Shown here piece by piece: positions 1 to 9,955 of a DNA stretch of 64,000 nucleotides. The notes beneath the pieces are model-generated. The model had not been told where the DNA came from, did no database searches, and was given only the letters and a program-made list of their open reading frames with translations. The position numbers and the translations under genes were made by a program. The stretch's first letter is position 1. The number at the start of each line of letters is the position of its first letter. Location of the stretch: IMG/VR virus record IMGVR_UViG_3300010347_003561, positions 35,893 through 99,892 of that record. The stretch is one strand, 5' to 3'. This DNA comes from a virus (taxonomy: Duplodnaviria; Caudoviricetes).

Positions 1-91
1 TCACACCGAGGATCGGGAAGTTTTTTCAGCTACAAACGCAAAACAACTCGGAGTAGTGGAGTCGTAACAAAAAAGAAGAGGAGGCATTGAC

Positions 92-277
92 ATGGATATC
101 GAAGTTAAAAGCGTCGGCGTAGGCATCGCGGCCGGCGTAGTAATAGCTTTCGTCGTAGCTAAATTCTGGAAGGCAATCGTGCGAGGTACGACTAAAACCT
201 TCCAGAAAATAGTCAAAGAAGTAAAGGAAACGCCGGTCGAGACACCGCCGGCACAGGTAAAAGCGTCGAAGAGTTGA
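92..277 (+). CDS. small membrane protein
   Basis: GGAGG RBS; hydrophobic N-terminal segment VGVGIAAGVVIAFVVAKFW. Confidence 0.7.
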   Translation: MDIEVKSVGVGIAAGVVIAFVVAKFWKAIVRGTTKTFQKIVKEVKETPVETPPAQVKASKS

Positions 278-407
278 TAACATATCAAGTCGGCGAGAAA
301 TCGTCGGCTTGAATATGAGATCAGCACACACTTCACCCACATTCGGCGGCCAACCCCCGGCCGCCACACTTTTTAGAATAATACAATTCCATACAAGGAG
401 GTGCGTT

Positions 408-734
408 ATGAAGAAAATCGCACTCGTGCCACATGCACTAAATATATCAGTCGGCGGCGAAACAATCACCGTCGAGCCTAGCGGCGACGTAGCAAGGGTA
501 TCGGTAAAGCAGGAAGTCGTCGGCGAAATCGACGGCATTCCTGTCGTCAAGAACGTGTACGGGGAGGTAACTGGACTCCCCGAACCAACCGAAGACACAA
601 TCTACATCGTGTCTGGACTCGTGCTGTCGAGAACAAAAAGAAAGGACGTGTTCGCTCCTGACACAGGAGCGACGGCGATCCGCAACGACAAAGGGCAGAT
701 TGAGGCGGTGACTCGCCTCGTGGGCTGCGACTAA
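408..734 (+). CDS. conserved phage hypothetical protein
   Basis: AAGGAGG RBS before ATG 408 (MKKIALVPHAL...PSG..AR...GLP...YIVS); followed by terminator. Confidence 0.75.
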   Translation: MKKIALVPHALNISVGGETITVEPSGDVARVSVKQEVVGEIDGIPVVKNVYGEVTGLPEPTEDTIYIVSGLVLSRTKRKDVFAPDTGATAIRNDKGQIEAVTRLVGCD

Positions 735-738
735 TAAT

Positions 739-766
739 GAGCCGGGGAAACCCGGCTCTTAATTTT
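739..766 (+). terminator. intrinsic terminator
   Basis: GAGCCGGG-GAAA-CCCGGCTC then T-rich tail. Confidence 0.7.
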
Positions 767-870
767 GGAATAAACGCAAACCGCAGGTTGGCAAAAAACG
801 TCGGGGTAGTGGTGTAGCAACAGGTTGAGCGAGAACCATAGTGGAATCCGACTCTAAAGGAGGCATACGA

Positions 871-1185
871 ATGGAACTACGCAAATCGCTAGAACTGAAA
901 TCTATACTCACTCCGCACGCGTGGGATCTCGCAATATGCAACTACGGCTACGCAGGGATAAAGGAAGACTATCCCGAAATATATAACGTAGCCGCCGAAC
1001 TCGAGTACGACGCCGCCTGGTTCGTAGGCGCAAAAACATTCAAAGTCTCCCCGAGCTACTACGGGAAGGGAGACGAAATGCAATTCTACAACGACGAAAA
1101 ACTCGTCCACGAAGTGAAAAACAGAAACGTAGTGTCCATACTTGCGAAACTCTCGATCGAGAAAGGCTTCACCGAGATAAAGTAG
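871..1185 (+). CDS. hypothetical protein
   Basis: GGAGG RBS before ATG 871. Confidence 0.7.
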   Translation: MELRKSLELKSILTPHAWDLAICNYGYAGIKEDYPEIYNVAAELEYDAAWFVGAKTFKVSPSYYGKGDEMQFYNDEKLVHEVKNRNVVSILAKLSIEKGFTEIK

Positions 1186-1225
1186 GGTCGGGGCAACCCG
1201 ACTATTCCTTCTAAGGAGGTATTAC

Positions 1226-1495
1226 ATGTTTCCGAAAACCACTTATTGCCTCGTCTCGACAGAGAGCGTCGGCGACATGAAAGACTTCACCGTGATCGCC
1301 GTCGATCCGAGCAAAGCCAGATTAGAAAGGCTGAAAACAGCCTTAGAGAGAAGGAAGTCGCCATATGACGACATAGTCTATGAGATACGAAAGACTCTCG
1401 TCTGCGACTATATAGACTACGAATACTACCGTGCTATAACCAAAACATACTGCTTCGTGGATCTCCCCGAAGAGTACAAATGGAAAGGAGAGTAG
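1226..1495 (+). CDS. hypothetical protein
   Basis: AAGGAGGT RBS, ORF track. Confidence 0.7.
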   Translation: MFPKTTYCLVSTESVGDMKDFTVIAVDPSKARLERLKTALERRKSPYDDIVYEIRKTLVCDYIDYEYYRAITKTYCFVDLPEEYKWKGE

Positions 1496-1496
1496 A

Positions 1497-1796
1497 ATGG
1501 AATTCTACCTTCGTAATATGGAAGGAGAGTACGAGGGCTGGGCAACCGGCCCCGATACCCTCGCCGATATCCTTGCCGGCTATTCCGGCAAACCAATCAT
1601 AGTTCTCTCCGAGGACGAAAACGGTTACGTCGAAGTCCTCGACGGGAACGACGCCTGGGCCGGCATAAAATACGACGGCTCCCAATTCGAAGTGGAATGC
1701 GTCTCCGATTCCAATACCAAGGACGACGTAAAACACTTCGAGAACTTCTTCGACGCTCACAACTATGCGTCGAATTTCATCAAACTTAATGAGTAG
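1497..1796 (+). CDS. hypothetical protein
   Basis: AGGAG RBS, abuts upstream stop, followed by hairpin and T-run. Confidence 0.7.
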   Translation: MEFYLRNMEGEYEGWATGPDTLADILAGYSGKPIIVLSEDENGYVEVLDGNDAWAGIKYDGSQFEVECVSDSNTKDDVKHFENFFDAHNYASNFIKLNE

Positions 1797-1853
1797 AGGC
1801 CGGGGATTCCCCGGTCTCTTTTTATCGCCGGATATACTCCGACGATATACTAT

Positions 1854-1953
1854 TCCCTATATATAGGGAGAAGCTGAATCGTTTATATCCCAGCGCAAAA
1901 TCCCCGCCGATTTCTTCCCTCTTAAGTGTCCTTTCTCCCCCTATATATAGAGA
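1854..1953. repeat. palindrome pair with CTATATATAG core in a long intergenic region
   Basis: Perfect 16-bp palindrome TCCCTATATATAGGGA at 1854-1869; second CTATATATAG at 1941-1950 with roughly inverted flanks. Confidence 0.7.
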
Positions 1954-2341
1954 ATCCTATACCTTATACGTCGAGGTGCCTTGTACTTCGACTCACTCGC
2001 GACGATCTTTCTTCGAATTCTCCGCAATTCGATTTTTTTCGTCGCTCTCTTTCGTATTATTTTATACGAACAATGTATCTGTAATCCGCCATACATGCGG
2101 GTTAGCTTCAAAGCTTTTATAATTCGAGAGTTATCAAACGAATTCGAAGGAAGTGAGGTGGTATAGGCTAGCGGGGCAGGTATATTCGAACGCAGCCGAA
2201 GCGTACCTTTAGCGAAGATAAAGCTTACGGGTACTAGGGACTATACGAAGTATATAGGTTTATATATTGCAGGCTACTTTCCGGCGATTTTAGGAGATGC
2301 GAAGGTTGCCGGCGATATTGCCCTTTGCATAAGGAGGCTAT

Positions 2342-2563
2342 ATGAGAAGGTCGATAGTTGAGACGGCGGCGAGTATATCGGCCGCCATAGTATTCGTCGT
2401 GCTGTGTTTTACCTTGCACGTCGAAGGATTTTATCCGTCGTTGGCACTTGCATTCTCTATATTTGCAATATCTATCGCCGTCTTCTTCCTCGTAAGGCAC
2501 TCTTTCAGAGAGAGGAAGCGGCAGACATGCGAGGAAAAACAGGAGTGGCGAGACGCCGCATAG
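2342..2563 (+). CDS. small two-helix membrane protein
   Basis: AAGGAGG RBS; two hydrophobic segments. Confidence 0.7.
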   Translation: MRRSIVETAASISAAIVFVVLCFTLHVEGFYPSLALAFSIFAISIAVFFLVRHSFRERKRQTCEEKQEWRDAA

Positions 2564-2699
2564 GAGGCAAAAGCGAGGGAAACAGCGCAATAGATACAGA
2601 CGACTTCGTAATACCAGGCGCCTGATTCAAAAACCAAAATTATAACCGCTTTCGGGCGGTTATCCTTTTTTCACAACGCAAAAAAGGAGAGGAATAAAC

Positions 2700-2855
2700 G
2701 TGAAAGACGGAGGAATAGTGTTCTTCGGACTGGCAATTCAGATCGTAGTCTGGCTAGTCTTGTTCGCGCTGTGCGTAGCGGTACCGTTCATAGGAGTGCC
2801 GCTCATAATCATCGCGCTGATTATAAACAAGACGATAGCCCAAAAATTGAAATGA
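2700..2855 (+). CDS. 51-aa membrane protein (below ORF-track cutoff)
   Basis: AGGAGAGG RBS, GTG start, MKDGGIVFFGLAIQIVVWLVLFALCVAVPFIGVPLIIIALIINKTIAQKLK; stop overlaps next ATG (ATGA). Confidence 0.7.
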   Translation: MKDGGIVFFGLAIQIVVWLVLFALCVAVPFIGVPLIIIALIINKTIAQKLK

Positions 2856-3037
2856 TCAGTGAAAGATGGCTCCTTCTCTCGAAGGGTCCTAAAACGCATA
2901 TAAGAATCGGCGAAGTGGTGGAATTCGCAAAAGGAAAGAATTCCTTCGAAGTACCACTAGACTACGCCCGTTACCTCTCTTCCCTATCAAGGGAAGAACT
3001 TCTCGAAATAAAGGAGCGATGGCATGCCTGCGACTAA
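2852..3037 (+). CDS. hypothetical protein
   Basis: ATGA-coupled start (MISERW...). Confidence 0.55.
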   Translation: MISERWLLLSKGPKTHIRIGEVVEFAKGKNSFEVPLDYARYLSSLSREELLEIKERWHACD

Positions 3038-3452
3038 AACGCGCTTCGCAAGAATCATAGAGGAAATCATCGAGCTTGCGGGCCTAACAGATAAGTTCGA
3101 CACCAGCGAACAATTCTATCTAAAAGTGTACAACGACCCATACATGCCCTTGACGATAGAAGCGTTCTACAACTCAGCACTCAACCGGCGAGTAATCTCC
3201 GTCGCCCATTACTACAAACAGAACGGAGATCTCATACCGGACCCCGACGTAGTAATAACCCCCGAAGGGTATCCAATATCGTACCAGGATTCCTACGGGT
3301 ATATCGAAATAATGTTCCTCCAGCACGGTAATTTTTACGTGCATACCAGCAAGAAAAACAATACTCTCAAGTTTCTTGCCACGTTTGCAAGGAACATAAA
3401 GGAACAAGGCTTCATAGAGGCCGTAAAAAGCGGCCAATTCATAACGAAATAA
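3024..3452 (+). CDS. conserved hypothetical protein (DUF6908-like)
   Basis: Motif ISVAHYYKQNGDLIPDPD; AAGGAG RBS. Confidence 0.6.
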   Translation: MPATKTRFARIIEEIIELAGLTDKFDTSEQFYLKVYNDPYMPLTIEAFYNSALNRRVISVAHYYKQNGDLIPDPDVVITPEGYPISYQDSYGYIEIMFLQHGNFYVHTSKKNNTLKFLATFARNIKEQGFIEAVKSGQFITK

Positions 3453-3463
3453 GGAGGCTCGAA

Positions 3464-4765
3464 ATGGTACAGCCGAATCGGGAAGCGTTGAAGATAATAG
3501 ACACATTGAAAAAGAACGGATTTCAGGCCTTCCTCGTTGGAGGCTGCGTCAGAGACATGCTCCTTGAAAGGGAGCCGAAGGATTGGGACATAACGACTTC
3601 GGCTACTCCCGAACAAGTGGAGAAACTCTTCGCAAAGACGATACCGACCGGAATAAAGCACGGCACCATAACCGTCGCTATCGCAGAAGCACTCTTCGAA
3701 GTTACAACATTCAGGCAAGACGGAGCATACAGCGACCACAGAAGGCCCAACGAAGTTACTTTCTCGGCGGACATAAAAGACGATCTGTCAAGAAGAGACT
3801 TCACAATGAACGCTATAGCCTATTCGCCATACGAGGGCTTCGTCGATCCATTCGGCGGCGCAAACGACATTCGAAACGGAGTAATAAAGAGTGTCGGAAA
3901 CGCCGATGCAAGATTCTGCGAGGACCCACTCAGAATGATGCGGGCCATACGCTTCAAGGCGCAGCTCGGCTTCGAAATAGCAAGCGATACGTTCGAGGCA
4001 ATAAGCAAAAACTCCGGCCTTCTTAAATTCATATCGGCCGAGAGAATACGCGACGAGCTGGTCAAAACGCTACTCGCAGCGCCAGAGGCCATACTTGACC
4101 TGTTCGAGACGAGTCTCATGAGGTTCATAGTTCCAGAAGCGCTCGCCATGGTCGGATTCGACCAGAACAACCCGCACCACAGCATGAACCTCCTCTCTCA
4201 CACAGCATCGGTAATGAAGAATTCACCAAGGAACACCGTCTCTCAAATGGCGGCCTTCCTGCACGATATAGCCAAGCCCTCATCGGCAACCGTCGTTGGC
4301 GGCGTGTTCAGATTCTTCGGGCATGCCGAGGCCGGCGCAAAGATGGCCGACGAGATAATGGCCAGGCTAAAATTCGACAACGCTACGAGAACCGCCGTCG
4401 TGAACCTCGTGCTTCATCACGACAGACAGATTAGCAACAGGACATTGAAGAATATGCTGGCGAAATTCGGAAGCGACTTCGTGCAAAAGCTCATCGACAT
4501 GAAGAAATCTGACGCGCTCGCGCAAAACTTCGCAACCGAAAAGCTCGCGCAGATAGCAATTATCGAAGAGATGCTAGAACAAGCCCTCCAACAGCCGTGC
4601 TCGCTCAAGGAGCTGGCCGTCAACGGACACGACCTGAAAGCGCTGGGAATGAATGGAACAACAATAGGAGAAACACTGAACAAACTGCTCGAAGTGGTAC
4701 AGGACGAACCGGAAATGAACGAGAGGAACACGCTCATGGAACTGGTGAGAAGCTTCGGGTGGTAG
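3464..4765 (+). CDS. cca: CCA tRNA nucleotidyltransferase with HD domain
   Basis: VGGCVRD, DWDITT, EVTTFR, DLSRRDFTMNA, EDPLRMMRAIRF, ERIRDEL, LHDIAKP motifs. Confidence 0.93.
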   Translation: MVQPNREALKIIDTLKKNGFQAFLVGGCVRDMLLEREPKDWDITTSATPEQVEKLFAKTIPTGIKHGTITVAIAEALFEVTTFRQDGAYSDHRRPNEVTFSADIKDDLSRRDFTMNAIAYSPYEGFVDPFGGANDIRNGVIKSVGNADARFCEDPLRMMRAIRFKAQLGFEIASDTFEAISKNSGLLKFISAERIRDELVKTLLAAPEAILDLFETSLMRFIVPEALAMVGFDQNNPHHSMNLLSHTASVMKNSPRNTVSQMAAFLHDIAKPSSATVVGGVFRFFGHAEAGAKMADEIMARLKFDNATRTAVVNLVLHHDRQISNRTLKNMLAKFGSDFVQKLIDMKKSDALAQNFATEKLAQIAIIEEMLEQALQQPCSLKELAVNGHDLKALGMNGTTIGETLNKLLEVVQDEPEMNERNTLMELVRSFGW

Positions 4766-4847
4766 TAGGGTTGCGGAATCTTCCACAACCTTTTTTTAAC
4801 AGCCAAACGCAAACTTACAATCAAAAAAACGAAGGGAGGTATTTGAA

Positions 4848-5237
4848 ATGACGAAGGTTTTCGACGCAACTTTCATCGCCGACGAAGATACCGCGATAGA
4901 TTTTGCGGTGTTGCAGACACCTGCGGTTCCAATCGAATTCGATCCGCCCGCCATGGACGAACCTGTGCTTATGATCTACTGCGAATACTCGAAAGGGCCG
5001 CGCACCACACGGCTCGATAGCCCCCACGAGGTAATACTGGCAACGAGAAAAACATTCGACAAGTTACTGAAGAAGTACGACGCGGCCGATCACGCGGCGT
5101 TGAGCATCACCATCGAACTCGGGAACCTTATAGATGCCAGAGTTTTCGAGGAAGAGTTCAGACCTTCCCTCGAAAAGAGGAAAGCAGGCATAACGACAGT
5201 AGGACAGGCGATATACGTCAACGCAGAAAAGGGGTGA
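4848..5237 (+). CDS. hypothetical protein
   Basis: GGGAGGT RBS. Confidence 0.7.
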   Translation: MTKVFDATFIADEDTAIDFAVLQTPAVPIEFDPPAMDEPVLMIYCEYSKGPRTTRLDSPHEVILATRKTFDKLLKKYDAADHAALSITIELGNLIDARVFEEEFRPSLEKRKAGITTVGQAIYVNAEKG

Positions 5238-5644
5238 AGCCAGTGGAAATGAAAAGGCTTGCTATCGCGCGCTTCTTCGGAAGGAAACGCGACGAGAGAG
5301 ATATTGAGATCTTCTCCAGCAACGATATCCAAAAGATAGGCGAGACGGTGAAGACGATAATTCGCCCGAATGAAAACTCATATCTAACACAGGTCGATAG
5401 GATACGTACCCTCCAAGGCGACAAAACGAAAGACTTCCAGATAGTACACGTCTTCCGTGCCTACCAGCAGATGAACAACATGGGAAAGATAGTCGAAACC
5501 GTCGATGACGTCCCACTCTACAACGTCGTCGTTGACCTGAATCCGGACGTTCCCATGATTGACCCAAACGAGAGGAGGACCGCAGTTGAAAGTAGTAACG
5601 ATCCTGGGGAAGGAAAACTGCCAACGTTGCCAAGAAGTTCGTGA
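5234..5644 (+). CDS. hypothetical protein
   Basis: GTGA-coupled to upstream gene. Confidence 0.6.
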   Translation: MKPVEMKRLAIARFFGRKRDERDIEIFSSNDIQKIGETVKTIIRPNENSYLTQVDRIRTLQGDKTKDFQIVHVFRAYQQMNNMGKIVETVDDVPLYNVVVDLNPDVPMIDPNERRTAVESSNDPGEGKLPTLPRSS

Positions 5645-5789
5645 GAAATACGGGAACGAGCCCGACACCACGGTAGTTTACATCGAGTTCGCAACTCTGC
5701 CGCTAGTAACTCGACGGAAAATAACCGGCTATTTCAGATCGCAAGGAAGAGAATTCGAATATCCCCTCGTGATAGAGGGAAAAATCTGA
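5586..5789 (+). CDS. glutaredoxin/NrdH-like CxxC protein
   Basis: GGAGG RBS before TTG; KVVTILGKENCQRC...YPLVI thioredoxin-fold pattern. Confidence 0.6.
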   Translation: MKVVTILGKENCQRCQEVREKYGNEPDTTVVYIEFATLPLVTRRKITGYFRSQGREFEYPLVIEGKI

Positions 5790-5832
5790 GGGCGGTCGAA
5801 AGGCCGCCATTCAATTTGAAGGGAGAGAAAAA

Positions 5833-6921
5833 ATGAATATACTGGCAAAGATGTTTGTAAAAACGCTTCCTATCTTTGTATTACTCACCAAACAAGCAGT
5901 AAGACCGATCCTGGAATGCCTGCGTATCTACTCAAACATCGAAGGAGTCTTCGCCGAAGCAACTGATCTCGAAACCGTTGTGCGCATAAGATTGACAGAC
6001 GAATTCGATCTGCAGGAAAATTCGTCGATACTCGTAAACACGCAGGAATTGAAGAGAATACTCTCGCTCTACAAAGGACTACCGAAATACATAAACGTAA
6101 CTTGCGACTTTCAGGTAGTTACTGTCAAGATCGACGATAAAAAACTCTTCAGGCTGAGCAACATACCGCGCGATGAATTCCCGAACCTGAACTACGAGCC
6201 GCTCAATCGAACACTCACGGTCTCCAGCGATGAATTCTTCGACGGGTTGAAAAGGGTCTTGCCATACGTCGAACCTCTAGACCGGTACGGTATGCACAAC
6301 GTCTCTCTGGAAAACGACGGAGACACGCTTCAGATAGTAGGTACCGACAGCAGCAGGCTCGCGATCGCCAAGGCCGGTTGCGAAGGCTCTATAGACTGCC
6401 GTATAAGCAAAGAAGCAGTCGAGATCCTCATGAAAGCGCGAGAGCATTTCGGCGAAACGCAGATAACCATATACGAAAGCGAAAAACGCATCGCTTTTCA
6501 AACGCCGAACATCTTCATCTCTACTCTTAAGCGCAACGAAATCTTTCCAGACTGGCGAAAGGTTATGCCCAAGCATATGAACACTCTAGTAACTTTCGAC
6601 AGAAGCTCGTTGCTCGAAGGCCTCGAGCGCGCGAAGGCCATGACTAAGGAAACTTACCAGAAGGTGATCTTCGAAATAAACAGCGATATCGTGAAATTGA
6701 TCTGCGCGGACAGCCTCGGAGAAATGGAGGAAGAACCTTGCGATTACGGTATCGTCAGGTTCAAAGATCCGATAAAGGTATGCGTAAACCCTTCCTACAT
6801 AATAGACGCATTGAAGGGAAGCCACGCTATAACCGTCGATATAGAATTCGAAGCGAAGAGCGAACCGATATTGATATCCGAAAACCGTTTCACAAGCCTC
6901 ATCATGCCGATAAACATATAG
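5833..6921 (+). CDS. dnaN: DNA polymerase III beta sliding clamp
   Basis: PILE, ATDLE, DEFP, GTDSSRLA, FPDWRKVMP, NPSYIIDAL, C-terminal LIMPI; 362 aa. Confidence 0.88.
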   Translation: MNILAKMFVKTLPIFVLLTKQAVRPILECLRIYSNIEGVFAEATDLETVVRIRLTDEFDLQENSSILVNTQELKRILSLYKGLPKYINVTCDFQVVTVKIDDKKLFRLSNIPRDEFPNLNYEPLNRTLTVSSDEFFDGLKRVLPYVEPLDRYGMHNVSLENDGDTLQIVGTDSSRLAIAKAGCEGSIDCRISKEAVEILMKAREHFGETQITIYESEKRIAFQTPNIFISTLKRNEIFPDWRKVMPKHMNTLVTFDRSSLLEGLERAKAMTKETYQKVIFEINSDIVKLICADSLGEMEEEPCDYGIVRFKDPIKVCVNPSYIIDALKGSHAITVDIEFEAKSEPILISENRFTSLIMPINI

Positions 6922-7119
6922 GACTCCCGAGAGGGAGTTCTGCTTTTTCCGGCAAGCGCAAACCATAAAACTGATTCTCGATAGCAAGTAGGCGATTTCA
7001 ATACATAATCGGCAAAGTCCATCTACGAAATTTATGGTATTCTCTTATTGGTTTTGCCGATTCAATTCTTACAGATTTAATACTCATCTTACGGATTTCT
7101 ACATACTTGGAGGGATATT

Positions 7120-8004
7120 GTGGAGGAAAAAATGTCAATTATCGATCACGAGAGCTTCATAGACATTGGTTATGAAAGAACCTGCGAATGTAAACCGACG
7201 AATATAAATTGCTTGGAAGCTAAAGAATGGCTTAAATGTCAGCTGGGAGTATGGCAAGTCTCATATGAAGGACGGGATATAAGGGACAAAGAAGTTCACC
7301 CTGCGACGTTTCCAATACAATTGGCTAAAAAAGTAATTTCGTTGTTCACTCACAGAGGCGAATTGGTGGTAGATCCTTTCGCAGGGAGCGGCACAACGCT
7401 CGTTGCGGCACAGGACTTGGACAGAAATGCCGTAGGATTCGATCTCCAGGAGAAGTACGTTCAGTTATCTAATCAACGGGTACAAACAACTACCCTATTC
7501 TCGTCAGCAAAGCAGATCGCAATAGCAGACGATGCCAGGAACATTCCCAAATATTTCAGACCGGATTCAGTAAGCTTAATATGGACGTCTCCGCCTTACG
7601 CGAATTTGCTTAATCGAAAGCGCAAGAATAAATCTCGACGCGAACGAGATAATGGTCAACTAGAAAAAGTGGAACAGTATTCGCAAGACTCCAGAGATCT
7701 AGGCACAATGCCGATCGAAGAATACACAAAACATATCGGAGATATCTTCGAAAACCTTTTGACTATCTTGAAACCAAAAGGTCATTGCGTGATTAACGTA
7801 CCGGATATGTGGTGGGAGAACGAGCGAATAACAATACATATCAACGTTGTAGAAGAATTGCGAAAGAGAGGTTATGAACTGAGAAACATAATCATCTGGG
7901 ACAGAACCAACGTCGTCAATAGAATAGGAATCTTCGGCTGGCCTTCTAACTACATCACTATGGGTGTAACGTTCGAATATCTTCTCGATTTCTGGAAACC
8001 TTAA
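7120..8004 (+). CDS. amino (probably N4-cytosine) DNA methyltransferase of a type II R-M pair
   Basis: HPATFP, motif I DPFAGSGTT, motif IV TSPPY. Confidence 0.88.
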   Translation: MEEKMSIIDHESFIDIGYERTCECKPTNINCLEAKEWLKCQLGVWQVSYEGRDIRDKEVHPATFPIQLAKKVISLFTHRGELVVDPFAGSGTTLVAAQDLDRNAVGFDLQEKYVQLSNQRVQTTTLFSSAKQIAIADDARNIPKYFRPDSVSLIWTSPPYANLLNRKRKNKSRRERDNGQLEKVEQYSQDSRDLGTMPIEEYTKHIGDIFENLLTILKPKGHCVINVPDMWWENERITIHINVVEELRKRGYELRNIIIWDRTNVVNRIGIFGWPSNYITMGVTFEYLLDFWKP

Positions 8005-8021
8005 AAGATAGGAGGGGTATA

Positions 8022-8789
8022 GTGGAAATGTACACAAAAGATTCTTTGATCGCTCGATTAAGAGAAATACGAGAATTGGGCTGGATCGAAAACAGAAGGG
8101 CAGGCAATTCCGGCGGAGTGGGAAATACGCTCGAAGATCTTCTCGGAATCGAAGAGAACAATCTTCCGATTCCTAATGCGGCAGAATGGGAATTGAAATG
8201 CCAGCGATCAGACACAACATCGCTATTGACGCTGTTTCACATGGAACCATCACCAAGGGCATTTAGATGGGTTCCTTCGGTCCTTCTCAAGCTTTATGGA
8301 TGGCCGCACGAAACAGAAAACGAAAACAGTTTTCGCCAGACAATTACCGGCACAGCAAGAAGCGACCGGGGTTTCCAAGTCGTAGTGGACAGGAACGAAA
8401 GAAAGATCCTTATATCATTCGACAGCAATTCGATCGCTAGTCACCACGACGATTGGAAAGCATCTGTCTTAAAACGTGCAGGTACTCTCGCAGAATTAGA
8501 CCCGAAACCGTACTGGGGTTTCGACGATGTGTTTCACAAAGCCGGTACCAAGCTTCATAACTGCTTCTACATAATCGCAGATGCGAAAACAGAAAAAGGG
8601 AAGCTTCATTTTGCCTATAACAAAATTTTGATGCTCAAGAAATTTGATTTAGAAGGATTCCTGAATGGAATCGAAGAAGGACATATCTATGTTGACTTCG
8701 ACGCAAAAACAACCCACAACCATGGAACGAAGTTTCGAATAAGGCCTTCGGCTTTTCCGTTACTGTACGACGAAGTAGTGGAAATCTAA
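8022..8789 (+). CDS. MvaI/BcnI-family restriction endonuclease
   Basis: GGVGNTLEDLLGIEENN...WELK...LTLF and C-terminal HNHGTKFRI; adjacent to the methyltransferase. Confidence 0.82.
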   Translation: MEMYTKDSLIARLREIRELGWIENRRAGNSGGVGNTLEDLLGIEENNLPIPNAAEWELKCQRSDTTSLLTLFHMEPSPRAFRWVPSVLLKLYGWPHETENENSFRQTITGTARSDRGFQVVVDRNERKILISFDSNSIASHHDDWKASVLKRAGTLAELDPKPYWGFDDVFHKAGTKLHNCFYIIADAKTEKGKLHFAYNKILMLKKFDLEGFLNGIEEGHIYVDFDAKTTHNHGTKFRIRPSAFPLLYDEVVEI

Positions 8790-8810
8790 CAAAACTCAAG
8801 CAAACATGCG

Positions 8811-8834
8811 AACCGCCCTTCGGGGCGGTTTTTT
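8811..8834 (+). terminator. intrinsic terminator
   Basis: AACCGCCC-TTCG-GGGCGGTT TTTT. Confidence 0.85.
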
Positions 8835-8881
8835 ATTACTCCAATGCGTTGAGAAAATCATTCGAGAATTGAGGTGAAAAA

Positions 8882-9484
8882 ATGAGACAGGTAACTTCTA
8901 ACGTCTATACGTTGGACGAACTGGACGAAAAAGCGAAAGAAAAAGCAATGTGCGTGATAAACGACATGTTGTGGGATAACCTGAACGATTACAACGACGA
9001 ATTAGAAGCACGACTGAAAGATCTCCTGCGCGATAAAGGCTACGACGGAAAGATGGAATTCCATTGGGAATGGAACGGCTCTACAGTGTTCGCAAACTTT
9101 TCCGTCGAAACTACGTGCACAGATTGGATTTCACTCCACAGGGACAGGCTCGACTGGAAAGCGAACACGATATTCGACAAATTCGCCGCCGAACACGATA
9201 TCGAAATAAGAATCAAGAAAAGCCACAACATCTTCGTGGAAATAGACGAGCTGTCCGACGAGGAAATGGACGATTGGGTATATCTGAACCGCACAATTCA
9301 CGACGTGGTGAACAAAGATGCCCGGGAGATTACCCAGCGCATGTGCGAGATCGTGGATTGCCATTACGAAAACATCGTGAGCGACGAAGCGGCGATCAGC
9401 TACGCCGAGTTGAACAAACTCGAATTCTACAACGACGGTACGATCTACGACGGCAGTTCTTACGAAAAGGAGGCAACCGTATGA
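8882..9484 (+). CDS. phage hypothetical protein
   Basis: GAGGTG RBS; VYTLDELDEKAKEKA N-terminus and EFYNDG C-terminus typical of a phage early family. Confidence 0.7.
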   Translation: MRQVTSNVYTLDELDEKAKEKAMCVINDMLWDNLNDYNDELEARLKDLLRDKGYDGKMEFHWEWNGSTVFANFSVETTCTDWISLHRDRLDWKANTIFDKFAAEHDIEIRIKKSHNIFVEIDELSDEEMDDWVYLNRTIHDVVNKDAREITQRMCEIVDCHYENIVSDEAAISYAELNKLEFYNDGTIYDGSSYEKEATV

Positions 9485-9945
9485 AAAGAATATTCTACAG
9501 GCAAGACATTGTAGTGGATTCGGAGGATAGCAACACGCTACTCCTTCTGAAGGATACCAATTGCAAATACCTCGTCGATGATTGGAGCCTCGAAGGTTTC
9601 CAGTCCGGCGTTCTGTGTGACAAACTAGCAGTCGATTTCAGCAATGATCTTGTCTTCAAAAGAGACGGCGAGGCAATTTTCGAACTCGAACACAGGATTG
9701 ACGGCGAGCCTTTCCACATCGGAGAGTTCAGCACCGACCCGCGGGAAGTCTTCGACGAGGAATCGTTGAACTACTTCGATTCTCTCTTCGAAGGGCAAAG
9801 CATGCCGACGGATTTCCTCACCGCGGTGGAAAGGGAGAACCTTCTAAGGTATTGCATGTTCGCAAACGGCCAGTTCAACGTGAGAGTTATAACCGGCAGA
9901 AAGTGCCGACTTCTGAAAGACAATGAAATAGCGGCATTGCTTTAG
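9481..9945 (+). CDS. hypothetical protein
   Basis: AGGAGG RBS, ATGA overlap. Confidence 0.7.
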   Translation: MKRIFYRQDIVVDSEDSNTLLLLKDTNCKYLVDDWSLEGFQSGVLCDKLAVDFSNDLVFKRDGEAIFELEHRIDGEPFHIGEFSTDPREVFDEESLNYFDSLFEGQSMPTDFLTAVERENLLRYCMFANGQFNVRVITGRKCRLLKDNEIAALL

Positions 9946-9955
9946 GAGGCGCAAC

